From contig JAVKHQ010000004.1 in NCBI GenBank assembly GCA_031459875.1, positions 1 through 64,000 on the forward strand: 64,000 nt of DNA, written 5' to 3'. The notes under the pieces were generated by a model. The model saw nothing but the letters and a program-made list of their open reading frames with translations, was not told the DNA's origin and ran no database searches. The translations under genes were made by a program, and so were the position numbers. Source of the DNA: Candidatus Fervidifonticultor sextus (lineage in GTDB: Bacteria > Sysuimicrobiota > Sysuimicrobiia > Sysuimicrobiales > Humicultoraceae). This document shows positions 38,286 to 48,866 of the stretch, in pieces. Each line of letters opens with the position of its first letter. Within the stretch, counting starts at the first letter, position 1.

Positions 38286-38705
38286 ATGCAGCCAGCAGCC
38301 CCCACCCTTGAAGCCCACCTCCGACGGCACGGCCGGCGGATGACCCCCCAGCGGACCCTGATCTGCCGGCTGCTCGACGGCAATCGGGAGCACCCCTCCG
38401 CCGAGGCGCTGCACCGTCGGGCCAGCGCGCAGATGCCGACCCTCTCCCTCCGCACGGTCTATGCGATCCTCCACGATCTGGTCGAGATCGGTGCGATTCA
38501 GTCGCTGGACCTGGGGACCGGCAGCACCCGGTTCGACCCGGATCCGCGGCCGCACCACCACGCGGTGTGCACCCGCTGCGGCCAGGTCCGCGACATCTAC
38601 CTCCCGCTGGCGCCCGTTGAACTCCCCCCGGACCAGCGGAGAGGGTTTTGGGTTCGCAGCGTCGATCTGATCTTCAGGGGGATCTGCGGGGAGTGCCGGC
38701 GATGA
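38286..38705 (+). CDS. Fur-family regulator (PerR-like)
   Basis: TPQR, HPSAE, TVY, RFD..HHHAVCTRC..D, CGEC. Confidence 0.9.
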   Translation: MQPAAPTLEAHLRRHGRRMTPQRTLICRLLDGNREHPSAEALHRRASAQMPTLSLRTVYAILHDLVEIGAIQSLDLGTGSTRFDPDPRPHHHAVCTRCGQVRDIYLPLAPVELPPDQRRGFWVRSVDLIFRGICGECRR

Positions 38706-39391
38706 CCGTCCACGATATCGCGAAAACCGAGCGCACCGAGATGTACCTGAAGGCGGTCTATTCCGTCTCCCAGTCTGCCCCGCCGGTCACGATCTCCAAG
38801 GTGGCCGAGTACATGGGGGTCTCGGCCCCGTCCTCCTATGAGATGCTCAAACGGCTCGAAGCGCAGGGCCTGCTGCAGTCCAGAGCCGATGAGGGATATC
38901 GGCTGACCCCCCAGGGCATGCAGACGGCGACCCGCGTCGTGCGGCGGCTCCGGCTGGCCGAACGGCTGCTGACCGACATCCTGCGCCTCCCCCTCCCCCG
39001 CGTCTATGCCGAGGCCTGCAAGATGGAGCACATCATCAGTCCCGAGGTCGAAGCCAGGCTGGAAGAGGTCCTGGGCCACCCGACCACCTGCCCCCACGGC
39101 CTGCCGATCCCGGACGGGAGCCCGGAGAGATCTGAGAACCTGCAGCGCCTGGACCAGCTCCGGGTGTGGGATCGGGTGGCGGTGGCCAGCATCCCCGAGG
39201 AAGACGAGGAGGTCGTCGCCCACCTGGTCGAAGTCGGCCTGCTGCCCGGAGTGCAGGTGCTGGTGCGGGAGGTCGCGCCGTTCGACGGCCCGATCACCGT
39301 GCAGGTGGCGCAGCAGATCCGGGCCATCGGCCGCGACGTCGCCCGCCGTGTCCGGGTGCGAACCGTCGAGCCGTCTCCCTCCCGCGCGTGA
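38702..39391 (+). CDS. DtxR/MntR-family metal-dependent regulator with FeoA domain
   Basis: EMYLKAVY, EACKMEH, GHPTTCPHGLPIP, C-terminal FeoA domain. Confidence 0.92.
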   Translation: MTVHDIAKTERTEMYLKAVYSVSQSAPPVTISKVAEYMGVSAPSSYEMLKRLEAQGLLQSRADEGYRLTPQGMQTATRVVRRLRLAERLLTDILRLPLPRVYAEACKMEHIISPEVEARLEEVLGHPTTCPHGLPIPDGSPERSENLQRLDQLRVWDRVAVASIPEEDEEVVAHLVEVGLLPGVQVLVREVAPFDGPITVQVAQQIRAIGRDVARRVRVRTVEPSPSRA

Positions 39392-39895
39392 GAGCGCGGT
39401 GAGAGACCGCCCTCCTACGTTTTCCGGTGCGGTCCGGAGACGGGGGGCGGCGGGCGCAGCCGCGGCGTCGCAGGTCGCGCCGTCCCCCGGGGGATCCGGC
39501 CGCCGTGTCCCCACAGGAATCCTGTCACCTGCGTCAGAAGTCTTCTCACATCAGACTCACCATGCAGGCCCGGCCCGACGCAACGATCGCGGTGAGCCGA
39601 GGAAGTGGCGAAACGGCGGACGGCGTGGCCACCCAGACCTACCAGATCACGGTCACCGCTCAGGGAACCCAGTCGCGGCAGAAGCAACAACCCGCCCTGT
39701 TAGGGAAAGACGGCACTTCACGTGATTGACTTTTCCCCTGGGCGCAGGTGAGCATGCGACGTGTCGTTCGTGCTGTCCGCCTCCATCTTGCATGTTGCGG
39801 CAGAAATGGGTAAATAGATAGGTCGGGCACCCAAGGACTGCAGGGTGGCAGAGTCGCGATCCCAGGGAGAGCATCAGACGCCCGGAGGTGTCGGC

Positions 39896-41080
39896 ATGTC
39901 TCGATTCGCAATCCTGCTCGTGGTCGCCGGGCTGGTCCTGGCACAGGTCCCGTCGGGTCCGGCCACCGCTGGCCCAAGTCCGACCCCCACCCCGGGGTAC
40001 CGCGGGCTGGCCCTGACCACGCCCTTCCCCGACCAGACCATCCGTCAGGGTGAACCGGTCACCCTGAGCCTGACCGTTCGCAACTACGGGTTGCCTCCGC
40101 AGGTGGTGGCGCTGAGCGCCTCCCAGCGCAGTGCGGGCTGGAAGGTGACCTTCCTCGGCGCAGGCCGGCCGGTCGGCGCGGTATCGGTGGGCACCGACCA
40201 GGAAGCCTCCCTTAGCGTCCGGCTCGATCCGCCGCAGCGGCCGCGGGCGGGGGTCCATCGCTTCACCCTCGTCGCCCGGGGCCAGGACGCCGAGGCCACC
40301 CTGCCGGTGTCCCTCATCTTCGGCGAGGTGCTGCCGCCGCGCCTGGGCCTGTCGGCCGAACTGCCGACCCTGCGCGGGCCGGGCACGTCCAGTTTCCGGT
40401 ACCGGCTGACCCTGAAGAACGAGAGCGATCAGGATCTGCTCGTCAACCTTGAGGCCCAGGCAGCCAGGGGCTTCCAGGTGACCTTCACGCCGGCGTTTGG
40501 CAGCCAGCAGGTGACCAGCCTCCCGGTCAAGGCCGGGGAGTCCAAGGATCTCGACGCCGAGGTCAGCCTCCCTCAGGGCGTTGCGGCCGGCACGTACGAC
40601 GTCACCGTCCGGGCATCCGGCGGCGGGGCCCAGGCGACGGTCAAACTCACGCTGGAAGTCGTGGGCCGGCCGGACCTGAGCGTCACCACGCCGGACGGCC
40701 GCCTCTCGGGCCGGGCCTACGCCGGGCGGGAGACGCCGATCAAGCTCGTGGTAGAGAATCGCGGGAGCGCGCCGGCCCGCAACGTGGAGATGTCCTCCTT
40801 CGAGCCGACGGGCTGGAAGGTCACCTTCGACCCCAAGCAGATCGACGAGATCCCTCCGCGGGGCAAGAAGGAAGTGACCGCGACGATCCTGCCGGCGGCC
40901 AAGGCCATCGCCGGCGACTACAACCTCACCCTGCGCGCGGGCACCGGCGACACCACCAGTTCTGCGGAGTTCCGGGTCACCGTGTACACGTCGACGCTGT
41001 GGGGTGTCGTGGGCGTCGCCATCGTCGCGGTGGCCCTGGGCGTGCTGGGGCTGGCGGTCTCACGGTACGGACGACGATGA
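39896..41080 (+). CDS. NEW3/Ig-like domain membrane-anchored ABC accessory protein
   Basis: Signal peptide, three Ig-like repeats, KAIAGDY, C-terminal TM plus YGRR. Confidence 0.8.
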   Translation: MSRFAILLVVAGLVLAQVPSGPATAGPSPTPTPGYRGLALTTPFPDQTIRQGEPVTLSLTVRNYGLPPQVVALSASQRSAGWKVTFLGAGRPVGAVSVGTDQEASLSVRLDPPQRPRAGVHRFTLVARGQDAEATLPVSLIFGEVLPPRLGLSAELPTLRGPGTSSFRYRLTLKNESDQDLLVNLEAQAARGFQVTFTPAFGSQQVTSLPVKAGESKDLDAEVSLPQGVAAGTYDVTVRASGGGAQATVKLTLEVVGRPDLSVTTPDGRLSGRAYAGRETPIKLVVENRGSAPARNVEMSSFEPTGWKVTFDPKQIDEIPPRGKKEVTATILPAAKAIAGDYNLTLRAGTGDTTSSAEFRVTVYTSTLWGVVGVAIVAVALGVLGLAVSRYGRR

Positions 41081-42012
41081 CGCCGGTTATCGAGACACAG
41101 GGCCTGACCAAGCGATACGGTGCGGTCGTCGCGGTTGTGGACCTGACCCTCCGCCTCCAGGCCGGTGAGGTCTTCGGCCTGCTCGGCCCCAACGGGTCGG
41201 GGAAGACCACGACCATCCTGATGCTGCTGGGGCTGACCGAGCCGACGGCCGGGACGGCTCGCGTCCTGGGGTTCGACCCGCTGCGAAATCCCCTGGAGGT
41301 GAAGCGCCGGGTCGGGTACATGCCCGACTCGGTGGGCTTCTACGACGAACTGACGGCGACGGAGAACCTGCAGTACACCGCGCGGTTGAACGGGATCCCG
41401 CCGGCAGACGCCGGGGCGCGGATCACAGAAGTCCTGGCCCGGATGGGCCTGACACAGGTCGCCCACCGGCCGGTCGCCACCTTCTCCCGCGGCATGCGCC
41501 AGCGGCTCGGGCTGGCCGATGTGCTGCTCAAGCGCCCCGAGATCGCCATCCTCGATGAACCGACGATGGGCCTGGACCCCGAGGCCGCCCATGAATTCCT
41601 CGAGTTGATCCGCGGGTTGAAAGCCGAGGGGATCACGGTCCTGCTGGCGTCGCATCTGCTGCACCAGGTCCAGGCGGTCTGCGACCGCGTCGGCCTCTTC
41701 CACCGGGGACGGATGGTCCTGGAAGGCACCGTGGAAGCCCTGACGACCAGGGTGCTCGGCGGGGCCTACCGGATCCGGGTGGAGGCGCGGCCCGACAACC
41801 TCGAGCGGACGTTCCGCAGCATCCCCGGCGTTGTCGGGGTCACAGCGGAGCGTCCCGGCCTCTATCACCTGGAAGCCCAGCAGGACTGCCGGAGCGAGGT
41901 GGCCCGCCGCGTCGTCTCCGAGGGCGGCCAGCTGCTGGGACTGGGGCTGGAACGGTCCAGTCTGGATGACGTCTACACGCGGTACTTCCAGGAGGCGCGC
42001 AGTGAAGCGTGA
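41077..42012 (+). CDS. ABC-2 type transporter ATP-binding protein
   Basis: [26 protein letters not shown]. Confidence 0.92.
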   Translation: MTPVIETQGLTKRYGAVVAVVDLTLRLQAGEVFGLLGPNGSGKTTTILMLLGLTEPTAGTARVLGFDPLRNPLEVKRRVGYMPDSVGFYDELTATENLQYTARLNGIPPADAGARITEVLARMGLTQVAHRPVATFSRGMRQRLGLADVLLKRPEIAILDEPTMGLDPEAAHEFLELIRGLKAEGITVLLASHLLHQVQAVCDRVGLFHRGRMVLEGTVEALTTRVLGGAYRIRVEARPDNLERTFRSIPGVVGVTAERPGLYHLEAQQDCRSEVARRVVSEGGQLLGLGLERSSLDDVYTRYFQEARSEA

Positions 42013-42988
42013 AGGGTCGCCCTGGACCGGCCTGTGGGCCGTGGTGTTCAAGGAACTCGCGGACAACCTCTCCAGCACCCGCATGCGGCTGCTGGAGGGC
42101 CTGATCTTCCTGACCGCGGTCGGTACGGTGTTCGCGGCGACGCAGACGCTGCGCACCGTCGCCGAGCCGGCGGCCCAAGACCCCGTGATCTTCCTCAGGA
42201 TCTTCTCCCTGCAGGTCCGGCTCGGGGAGGCCGAACTTCCCTCCTTTGTCGCCTTCATGGGGTTCCTGGTGCCGCTGATGGGCATCGCGCTCGCCTTTGA
42301 TTCAATCAACGGCGAGTACCTCCGCCGCACGATGAGCCGCGTGCTGGCCCAGCCGATCTACCGCGATGCTGTCCTCATGGGCAAGTTCCTGGCGGGGATG
42401 GCGACGCTGGCCACCACGTTGACGGCCCTCTGGCTCCTGGTGACCGGGCTGAGCATGGTCCGTCTGGGCGTCGTGCCCGAGCCCCGTGAGGTGGCGCGCG
42501 GGTTTGCCTTCCTGCTCGCCACGCTGGCCTACGGCGGGGTCTGGCTGGCCCTGGCGATGGTGTGCTCCGTGCACTTCCGACAGCCGGCCACCTCGGCCAT
42601 GACCGCGCTGGCTGTCTGGCTGTTCTTCGCCGTGTTCTGGGAAATCCTGGCCGGCTTGATCTTCAACGTTGTCAGCGCCGTGGCCTCAGGCGGCCCGGAG
42701 GCAGCGGATGCGCTGGACCGCTTCCGCCTGTTCCTCTCCCGCCTCAACCCCAACACGCTGTACTCCGAGACGGTCCTCGTGCTGCTGAACCCGGAGATCC
42801 GGACCCTGGGTCCGCTGCTGGCGCTGGTCGTCCAGCTGGAAGCCGCCGGAGCCATCCCCCGGACGCTGCTACCCCTGTCCCAAAGCCTGCTGCTGGTGTG
42901 GCCGCAGGTCACCGGGCTGGTGGCCGCGGTCATTATGCTCTTCGCCGCCGCCTACGTGCTGTTCCAGCGGCAGGAGGTCCGGGCGTAG
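42002..42988 (+). CDS. ABC-2 type transporter permease
   Basis: FDSINGE, QPIYRD...GKF, multi-[10 protein letters not shown]. Confidence 0.88.
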   Translation: MKREGSPWTGLWAVVFKELADNLSSTRMRLLEGLIFLTAVGTVFAATQTLRTVAEPAAQDPVIFLRIFSLQVRLGEAELPSFVAFMGFLVPLMGIALAFDSINGEYLRRTMSRVLAQPIYRDAVLMGKFLAGMATLATTLTALWLLVTGLSMVRLGVVPEPREVARGFAFLLATLAYGGVWLALAMVCSVHFRQPATSAMTALAVWLFFAVFWEILAGLIFNVVSAVASGGPEAADALDRFRLFLSRLNPNTLYSETVLVLLNPEIRTLGPLLALVVQLEAAGAIPRTLLPLSQSLLLVWPQVTGLVAAVIMLFAAAYVLFQRQEVRA

Positions 42989-43001
42989 GCGGGACTGGCG
43001 C

Positions 43002-44360
43002 CTACGGCTGGATCGCCGCCAGTTCGCGCATGGCGGTCCGGACCGCTTCCTCCGGGTAGGCGTAGTCTTCCAGCCGGCCAGCCAGGTGCGCCTCGTAGGC
43101 TGCCAGGTCAAAGTGGCCGTGTCCGGAGAGGCCGAACAGGATCGTGCGCGGCGTCCCCTCCACCTTGGCCTCCAGCGCCTCATCGATCGCCCGGCGGACC
43201 GCATGAGCTGATTCCGGCGCGGGGATGATCCCCTCGGTCCGCGCGAACTGCACGGCCGCATCGAACACCGTCCGCTGCCGGTAGGCGACCGCCTCCACGT
43301 ACTTGTGGTGGTAGAGCAGGCACAGCAGCGGCGCGTCGCCGTGGTAGCGCAGCCCGCCAGCGTGGATGGCCGGTGGAACGAAGTTGTGGCCCAGCGTGTA
43401 CATCTTGATCAACGGGGTCGTCGCCGCGGTGTCCCCGAAGTCGTACAGGTAGTCGCCCCGGGTCAACGTCGGGCAGGCCTCAGGCTCGACGGCCACGAAG
43501 CGGATCCTGCGGCCCGCAAACTTCTCGGGCATGAAGGGGAAGGCGAGCCCCGAGAAGTTGCTCCCACCGCCGACGCACCCGATAACCACATCCGGCGGAT
43601 CGCCGGCCATCTCCATCTGCTTCTTGGCCTCCAGCCCCACCACGGTCTGGTGCATCAGCACGTGGTTGAGCACGCTGCCCAGGGAGTACTTGGTGTCGTC
43701 GTGTGTGGCGGCGTCCTCGACCGCCTCGCTGATGGCAATGCCCAGGCTCCCCGGCGAGTCCGGCGTCTGCTCGCGGATCTTCCGGCCGGCGTGGGTGCGG
43801 TCGGAGGGGCTGGGCAGGATCTCGGCGCCCCAGGTTTGCATCATGACCTTGCGGTAGGGTTTCTGTTCGTAGGAGACCCGGACCATGTACACGGTGCAGG
43901 CCAGGCCGAAGAGCTGACAGGCGAAGGCCAGCGCGCTGCCCCACTGGCCGGCGCCGGTCTCCGTGGTGAGCCGGCGCACCCCCTCCTGCTTGTTGAAGAA
44001 CGCCTGGGCGACCGCCGTGTTGGGCTTGTGGCTGCCCGGGGGACTGGTGCCCTCGTACTTGTAATAGATGCGCGCCGGCGTGTCCAGCGCCCGCTCGAGC
44101 CGCCGCGCCCGATACAGCGGGGTCGGGCGCCACAGGCGGTAGACCTCGCGCACCGGCTCGGGGATCTCCACGTAGCGCTCGGTGCTGACCTCCTGCATGA
44201 TCAACGCCATGGGGAACAGCGGGGCCAGGTCGGCGGGCCCGATCGGCTGCTTGGTCCCGGGGTGGATCACCGGCGGCGGAGGGACCGGCAGGTCGGCAGC
44301 GATGTTGTACCAGGTCTTCGGGACGTCGCCCTCGGCGAGCAGGATCTTGGTCGGGTCCAT
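43002..44360 (-). CDS. trpB2: Stand-alone tryptophan synthase beta chain, type 2
   Basis: [55 protein letters not shown]. Confidence 0.95.
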   Translation of the reverse strand: MDPTKILLAEGDVPKTWYNIAADLPVPPPPVIHPGTKQPIGPADLAPLFPMALIMQEVSTERYVEIPEPVREVYRLWRPTPLYRARRLERALDTPARIYYKYEGTSPPGSHKPNTAVAQAFFNKQEGVRRLTTETGAGQWGSALAFACQLFGLACTVYMVRVSYEQKPYRKVMMQTWGAEILPSPSDRTHAGRKIREQTPDSPGSLGIAISEAVEDAATHDDTKYSLGSVLNHVLMHQTVVGLEAKKQMEMAGDPPDVVIGCVGGGSNFSGLAFPFMPEKFAGRRIRFVAVEPEACPTLTRGDYLYDFGDTAATTPLIKMYTLGHNFVPPAIHAGGLRYHGDAPLLCLLYHHKYVEAVAYRQRTVFDAAVQFARTEGIIPAPESAHAVRRAIDEALEAKVEGTPRTILFGLSGHGHFDLAAYEAHLAGRLEDYAYPEEAVRTAMRELAAIQP

Positions 44361-44389
44361 ACCGGCACCTCCTCGTCTTCGCAGGGCTC

Positions 44390-44635
44390 ACGAAACAGCC
44401 GGTCTCCATCTGGGACGGAGACCGGCTCCGTGGTGCCACCCGGTTTCCGCGGGCCCCTCGGCCCGCAGCGCTCTCATCCGGTCACGGCGGACGGCCGGCG
44501 CGGCTACTGGCGCGATCGGCTGATCCGCGCCTTGGCCGCACCCCTCGCGGGGCCATTCCGCGCCGCGCAGCGGCTGCCTTCCACCTCAGCAGCTCTCTGG
44601 GCGCCCGCCTGGCGCGTACTCGTCCCGCTCATCGG
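44390..44635 (-). ncRNA. T-box riboswitch, Trp (UGG) specifier
   Basis: Stem I GA motif, AGTA, AGAGA, GGTGGAA, GAA-TGG specifier (44553-44555); stem II AGTA; T-box GGGTGGCACCACG; terminator stem 44397-44427. Confidence 0.92.
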
Positions 44636-44721
44636 GCTGTAGACTTTTACACTTCGCGCCCATTCGAAGATTTCCTGCCGGCGACGTGGGCGCTGACCCG
44701 GGCTTAGACCATCCTCAGGGC

Positions 44722-46566
44722 TCACCCAACCGATCGGCTGGCCGAGCCATCCCTTTCGTCCCCGGACCGGTCGGCCCCTGGAGAGCCCTCCACCGCCTCC
44801 TCGGCCGGGGCGGGAGCCGCGGATTCCCCCGGCGGGAGTTGTGAGGTGGGCGCGCGTCTCACCCGAACTTGCAGCGATCGGAGTCGGTTCAGCACCGCCG
44901 CCACTTCGTGCCGGCGTGGCATGGCGTACTCTCCCTGTGGCTCTGGCCGCGCAGCCAGCACGGCCAGACCCGCGGTGTCCACATCGGCCCACACGTGATC
45001 CAGCACCTCGCCGACCGTCGCCTCCCCGGTGATGTAGCCTTTCTCCACGGCATAGAGGATGGCGTCCCCTGCGGCGCGCGCCTGCCCGGCGTCGACGAGT
45101 TGGGCCAGCGCTCCCAGGTCCACGCTGTCCCGGCCGATGCTCAACGTGTCGCGGCCCCGCACCTCGGCACGCAGGCCGCGGCCCTTGACCCCGCCCAGGC
45201 CCCTGGGCAGCGGGATGCGGGCCGCCGGCAGGGCAAACGGCCAGGCAACAGGTGGACGGCGCCGGAGACCGGCGGCCAGGCTCCGCGCGCGCTCGGTGGC
45301 GGCGGCCGGCTGATAGCCGTCCATCACGATGACGGTGTCGGCGACCGTCAGGTAGTCACCCAGCCCGCCCGTGGCGATGATGCACGAGATCCCGCAGGCT
45401 TCCCACAGGGCGCGCATCCGGTCCACCAGCGGAACCAGCGGTTCTTCGAGCCTCGGGGCCAGCGCTCGCATGACCTCATCCCGGATCAGGAAGGCGACCG
45501 CGCCCTCGTCTTCGTCGACCAGGATCAGCCCGGTCCCCACCTCGAGGGCTTCCGCAACCGCCGCCGCCATGCTCAGCGCGCCGCTGGCCCGTTCGACCGC
45601 CAGCGCACCGGGGTCGAGGCGGGACGGGAGCCCGCGGATGAACCCGCTTACGTCCACGTGCTCGATGCGCCGGCCGGGCTCGGCGCGAATTGTCACGGCG
45701 TCGGGCAGCGCGGCCACGTACTCGCGGCCGTCGCCCGGCACATGGGGGTAGACCCCGCTGCCGACGGCTGCCAGCAGCGTGGACTTCCCGCTGTAGGAGG
45801 GGCCAGCGATGACGGTCACCCCACGCGGGATGCCAAGCCCCCGCACGCTGCCGCGGTGCGGGAGGTCCACGGTGACGGCCAACTCATCGGGCGCCCGCAG
45901 GGGCACGGCGCGGCCGCCCCGCAGCGGCCGGTCCCCCGGCCCGGATTCCCGCGCCAGCAGGGACCCGTCGGCGAGGAACGCCACGAGCCCCAGCGACGGC
46001 AGGACCTCCCGCAGCGCCAGATAGTCCTCGTAGGTGTCACAGTGCCGCCGGCCGGCGGCGGCGTCGAGGTGGGCCCACACGAGTCCGGCATTCACCACAG
46101 CCGGGAGTTCCTCGAAGAGGAGCGTCTGCGCCGGCCTGGCCTGGACCTTCCGCCCCTCAGCCGGTAGCCCGACGGTCAGCCGGATCTCCACGTAGTCCTC
46201 GGCCACCGTGCAGCAGGTCCGCGCCAGGATCTCCGGTCCGCCGGCGTCGATGGCCAGCGGCGGGGTACGGCCGGACCAGCGCGTGCGCACGTGCCGCCCG
46301 ATCGCCTCGCGCACGGCGCGGCCGAGGAAGTCCTGCACGGCCAGGCGACGGCTCGGGCTCTCCCACAGGTCGCGGGGAATCTGTGCCTCGGCCTGATCGA
46401 TGCGGACGCGCGCCCGGCCGGTCGGCGCCGCGGGGTCCGGTCGGATCGCATCCAGGTACAGCTCGAACCGCTCGAACCGGTAGGCGCCGGCCAGGTCCCG
46501 GTAGACCTGCACGCCCTTGCCGTTCATCACGATCAGTTTGTCGCGCAGACGATCCGATGGGAGCAT
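44722..46566 (-). CDS. Predicted ABC-class ATPase (COG3044-like)
   Basis: GIPRGVTVIAGPSYSGKSTLL, GVYPHVPGDGRE, ILVDED, GGLGDY, PRRHEVAAVLNRLR. Confidence 0.8.
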   Translation of the reverse strand: MLPSDRLRDKLIVMNGKGVQVYRDLAGAYRFERFELYLDAIRPDPAAPTGRARVRIDQAEAQIPRDLWESPSRRLAVQDFLGRAVREAIGRHVRTRWSGRTPPLAIDAGGPEILARTCCTVAEDYVEIRLTVGLPAEGRKVQARPAQTLLFEELPAVVNAGLVWAHLDAAAGRRHCDTYEDYLALREVLPSLGLVAFLADGSLLARESGPGDRPLRGGRAVPLRAPDELAVTVDLPHRGSVRGLGIPRGVTVIAGPSYSGKSTLLAAVGSGVYPHVPGDGREYVAALPDAVTIRAEPGRRIEHVDVSGFIRGLPSRLDPGALAVERASGALSMAAAVAEALEVGTGLILVDEDEGAVAFLIRDEVMRALAPRLEEPLVPLVDRMRALWEACGISCIIATGGLGDYLTVADTVIVMDGYQPAAATERARSLAAGLRRRPPVAWPFALPAARIPLPRGLGGVKGRGLRAEVRGRDTLSIGRDSVDLGALAQLVDAGQARAAGDAILYAVEKGYITGEATVGEVLDHVWADVDTAGLAVLAARPEPQGEYAMPRRHEVAAVLNRLRSLQVRVRRAPTSQLPPGESAAPAPAEEAVEGSPGADRSGDERDGSASRSVG

Positions 46567-46633
46567 GGCGACCGTCCCTGCGCCCGGCGTCATGGTCGCG
46601 CGGCCGCTGACCGGCCGCCCCGGGGGTGCAGGG

Positions 46634-48007
46634 TCACCGGCTGGACGGGATGCGTGTGGCGGCCAGGCCGAGGCGCTGCCGGGCCCACAGGATGGCGCGC
46701 TGGAGTTGGGTATCCCGGCCCTGATCGAGGTCGGCGCTGGTGAGGGCCACCGGGACATCCGGAGAGACCCCGACCCCTTCCAGCCGCTTCCCCAGCCCCG
46801 TGGCCAGGCGGAGGATGGTGATGCTCAGCGCCGAGCCGTCGGAGAGGTCGTACAGCACGCTCGCCTCGACGGCGCCGCTCGTCTTGGCGCCCAACAGCGT
46901 CGCGCGTCCCTGTTCCTGCAGGGCGGCTGCCAGGAGTTCGGCCGCCGAGGCGCTGCTCTCGTCGATGAGCACCCCAAGCGGCATGTGGGACGGCAGGGCA
47001 GGCACCCCGAAGGTCCGGGTCGTCCTGGTCTGTCCGCCGCGGGTGGTTTCCTGATAGACGGGGCGGCCGGCCGGCAGCAGGCTGTTGAGCACGGTGGTCA
47101 GTTCGTGGAGGTAGCCGCCGCCGTTGGCGCGGACGTCCAGGATCAGCGCGCGCATCCCGTCTTTCAGCATACGCTCCAGCGCCCGGCGGACGTCCACGCC
47201 GGCGCGGTTGACGAACTGGTGCAGGGCCAGATAGCCTACCCCGCCATCCAGCACGCGGGCCTGGAAGATGGCGGGGATCTGGATGGGTGCCCGCATCACC
47301 GACACCGTCTGGGCGTCGGCGCGTCCGGGGCGCTCCAGGGTCAGCGACACGGTGGTACCGGCGGGCCCGCGGATCAGATTCGAGACCTGCTCGACCTGCA
47401 TGCCCGGCGTCGGGAGGTTGTCGACGCGGACGATGCGGTCCAGGGCCTGGAGACCCGCCTCTTCGGCGGGTGTCCCGGGGATCACGTCCCGGATGTAGAA
47501 GCGACCGTCCCTGGGCATCAGCACCACGCCAATCCCTGAGAACGCGGCCTGCCGGCGCTGCTTGAGCTGCCGCTCGCGGTTCTGGTCCGGGGTCAAGAAC
47601 CCGGTGTGCGAATCATGCAACGTTGCGGTCATGGCCCGGATGCTGGCGTACGCCAGGGTCGCGCTGGAGATGCGTCCGCCTCCGGCGGCCAGCGCCGCGC
47701 CGAACCGGCTGCGGAAGGCCGCCTCGGCCTGGTCGACGGGCGTGGCAGCCGGGATGTCGGCCAACTCGGCCTGGAGACCGGCGACCGACAGCGACGACCG
47801 GAGCCCGCCGATGGCGCCGTTCAGGAGCGCGACGGGGTCGACCGGATCGACATAGCGGTCGCGGAGGAGGGCGAGCGCCTCCAGGACCAGGCCTGCCTCC
47901 GGGACCCCTCCCCGCGGCGCCGCCACCAGTGGCACCGCGCCCACCGCCACCACGAGCAGAAGGGCCAGTAGACCCCGGGACCACACCCAGCGTGCCAATC
48001 GAGTCAT
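46634..48007 (-). CDS. S41 carboxyl-terminal processing protease (CtpA-like)
   Basis: PDZ domain, DVRANGGG, SASAAE, GVSPD. Confidence 0.88.
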   Translation of the reverse strand: MTRLARWVWSRGLLALLLVVAVGAVPLVAAPRGGVPEAGLVLEALALLRDRYVDPVDPVALLNGAIGGLRSSLSVAGLQAELADIPAATPVDQAEAAFRSRFGAALAAGGGRISSATLAYASIRAMTATLHDSHTGFLTPDQNRERQLKQRRQAAFSGIGVVLMPRDGRFYIRDVIPGTPAEEAGLQALDRIVRVDNLPTPGMQVEQVSNLIRGPAGTTVSLTLERPGRADAQTVSVMRAPIQIPAIFQARVLDGGVGYLALHQFVNRAGVDVRRALERMLKDGMRALILDVRANGGGYLHELTTVLNSLLPAGRPVYQETTRGGQTRTTRTFGVPALPSHMPLGVLIDESSASAAELLAAALQEQGRATLLGAKTSGAVEASVLYDLSDGSALSITILRLATGLGKRLEGVGVSPDVPVALTSADLDQGRDTQLQRAILWARQRLGLAATRIPSSR

Positions 48008-48032
48008 CTTCGGCTCCGTTCGGTGCTCCCCC

Positions 48033-48761
48033 CTAGATGGCCGGCCGGAACGGCACCAGCCGGAGGATCCAGGTATTGAGGGCAAACAGCAGGTCGGTCA
48101 CCATGGCTCCGCCCATCACCAGCAGGAACACGCCGCTCGCGGTGGTGATGGTGCGGGCGTTGCGACGCAGCCATCCCATCGTATCAAAGGCGGCGCTCAT
48201 CAGCACCGCCGCCAGCAGGAACGGCAGCCCCAGGCCCAGCGAGTAGGCAAAGAGCAACACCGCGCCATCCGACGCGGTCCGGGAAGCCGCCGCCAGGGTC
48301 AGGACGGCGGTCAGCACCGGACCCACGCACGGCGTCCAGGCGAAGCCGAACGCCATCCCCACGGGGAAGGCCCCGAGCAGGCCCAGGGGACGACCCGACA
48401 TCTCGAACCGTCGCGTGCGGTAGAACCCGGGCACCTTGATGACCCCCAGGACGGCCAGGCCGAGGAAGATGACCACCGCGCCGCCGATGCGCGTCAGCAG
48501 CAGCCGGTTGTCCAGGACCAGACCGCCCAGCACCGACGCCGAGGCCCCGAGCCCGGTGAAGACCGTCGAGAACCCCAGGATGAACAGGACCGTGGCCAGC
48601 AGCACCCGGCCCAGGTGGCGGCGCCGTTGCTCCAGGGACATCTCGACGAGGGAGAGCCCGGACACGAACGAGAGATACCCCGGGATCAGCGGCACGATGC
48701 AGGGGCTCAGGAATCCCAGCACGCCCGCGGCGAACGCCAGCGCCACGTTGACCTCAATCAT
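48033..48761 (-). CDS. ccdA: CcdA/DsbD-type thiol-disulfide transporter
   Basis: FLSPCIVPLIPGY, WTPCVGPVL. Confidence 0.92.
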   Translation of the reverse strand: MIEVNVALAFAAGVLGFLSPCIVPLIPGYLSFVSGLSLVEMSLEQRRRHLGRVLLATVLFILGFSTVFTGLGASASVLGGLVLDNRLLLTRIGGAVVIFLGLAVLGVIKVPGFYRTRRFEMSGRPLGLLGAFPVGMAFGFAWTPCVGPVLTAVLTLAAASRTASDGAVLLFAYSLGLGLPFLLAAVLMSAAFDTMGWLRRNARTITTASGVFLLVMGGAMVTDLLFALNTWILRLVPFRPAI

Positions 48762-48866
48762 GGGCGATCCGTCCTCGCTGTATTATGCCACAGGGCGACG
48801 CCTTCCCGGTCCTGCCCGACCCACGCCCCCTCCAGGAACGACGCGCGCGGCGCCGGTGTTCCGGCC

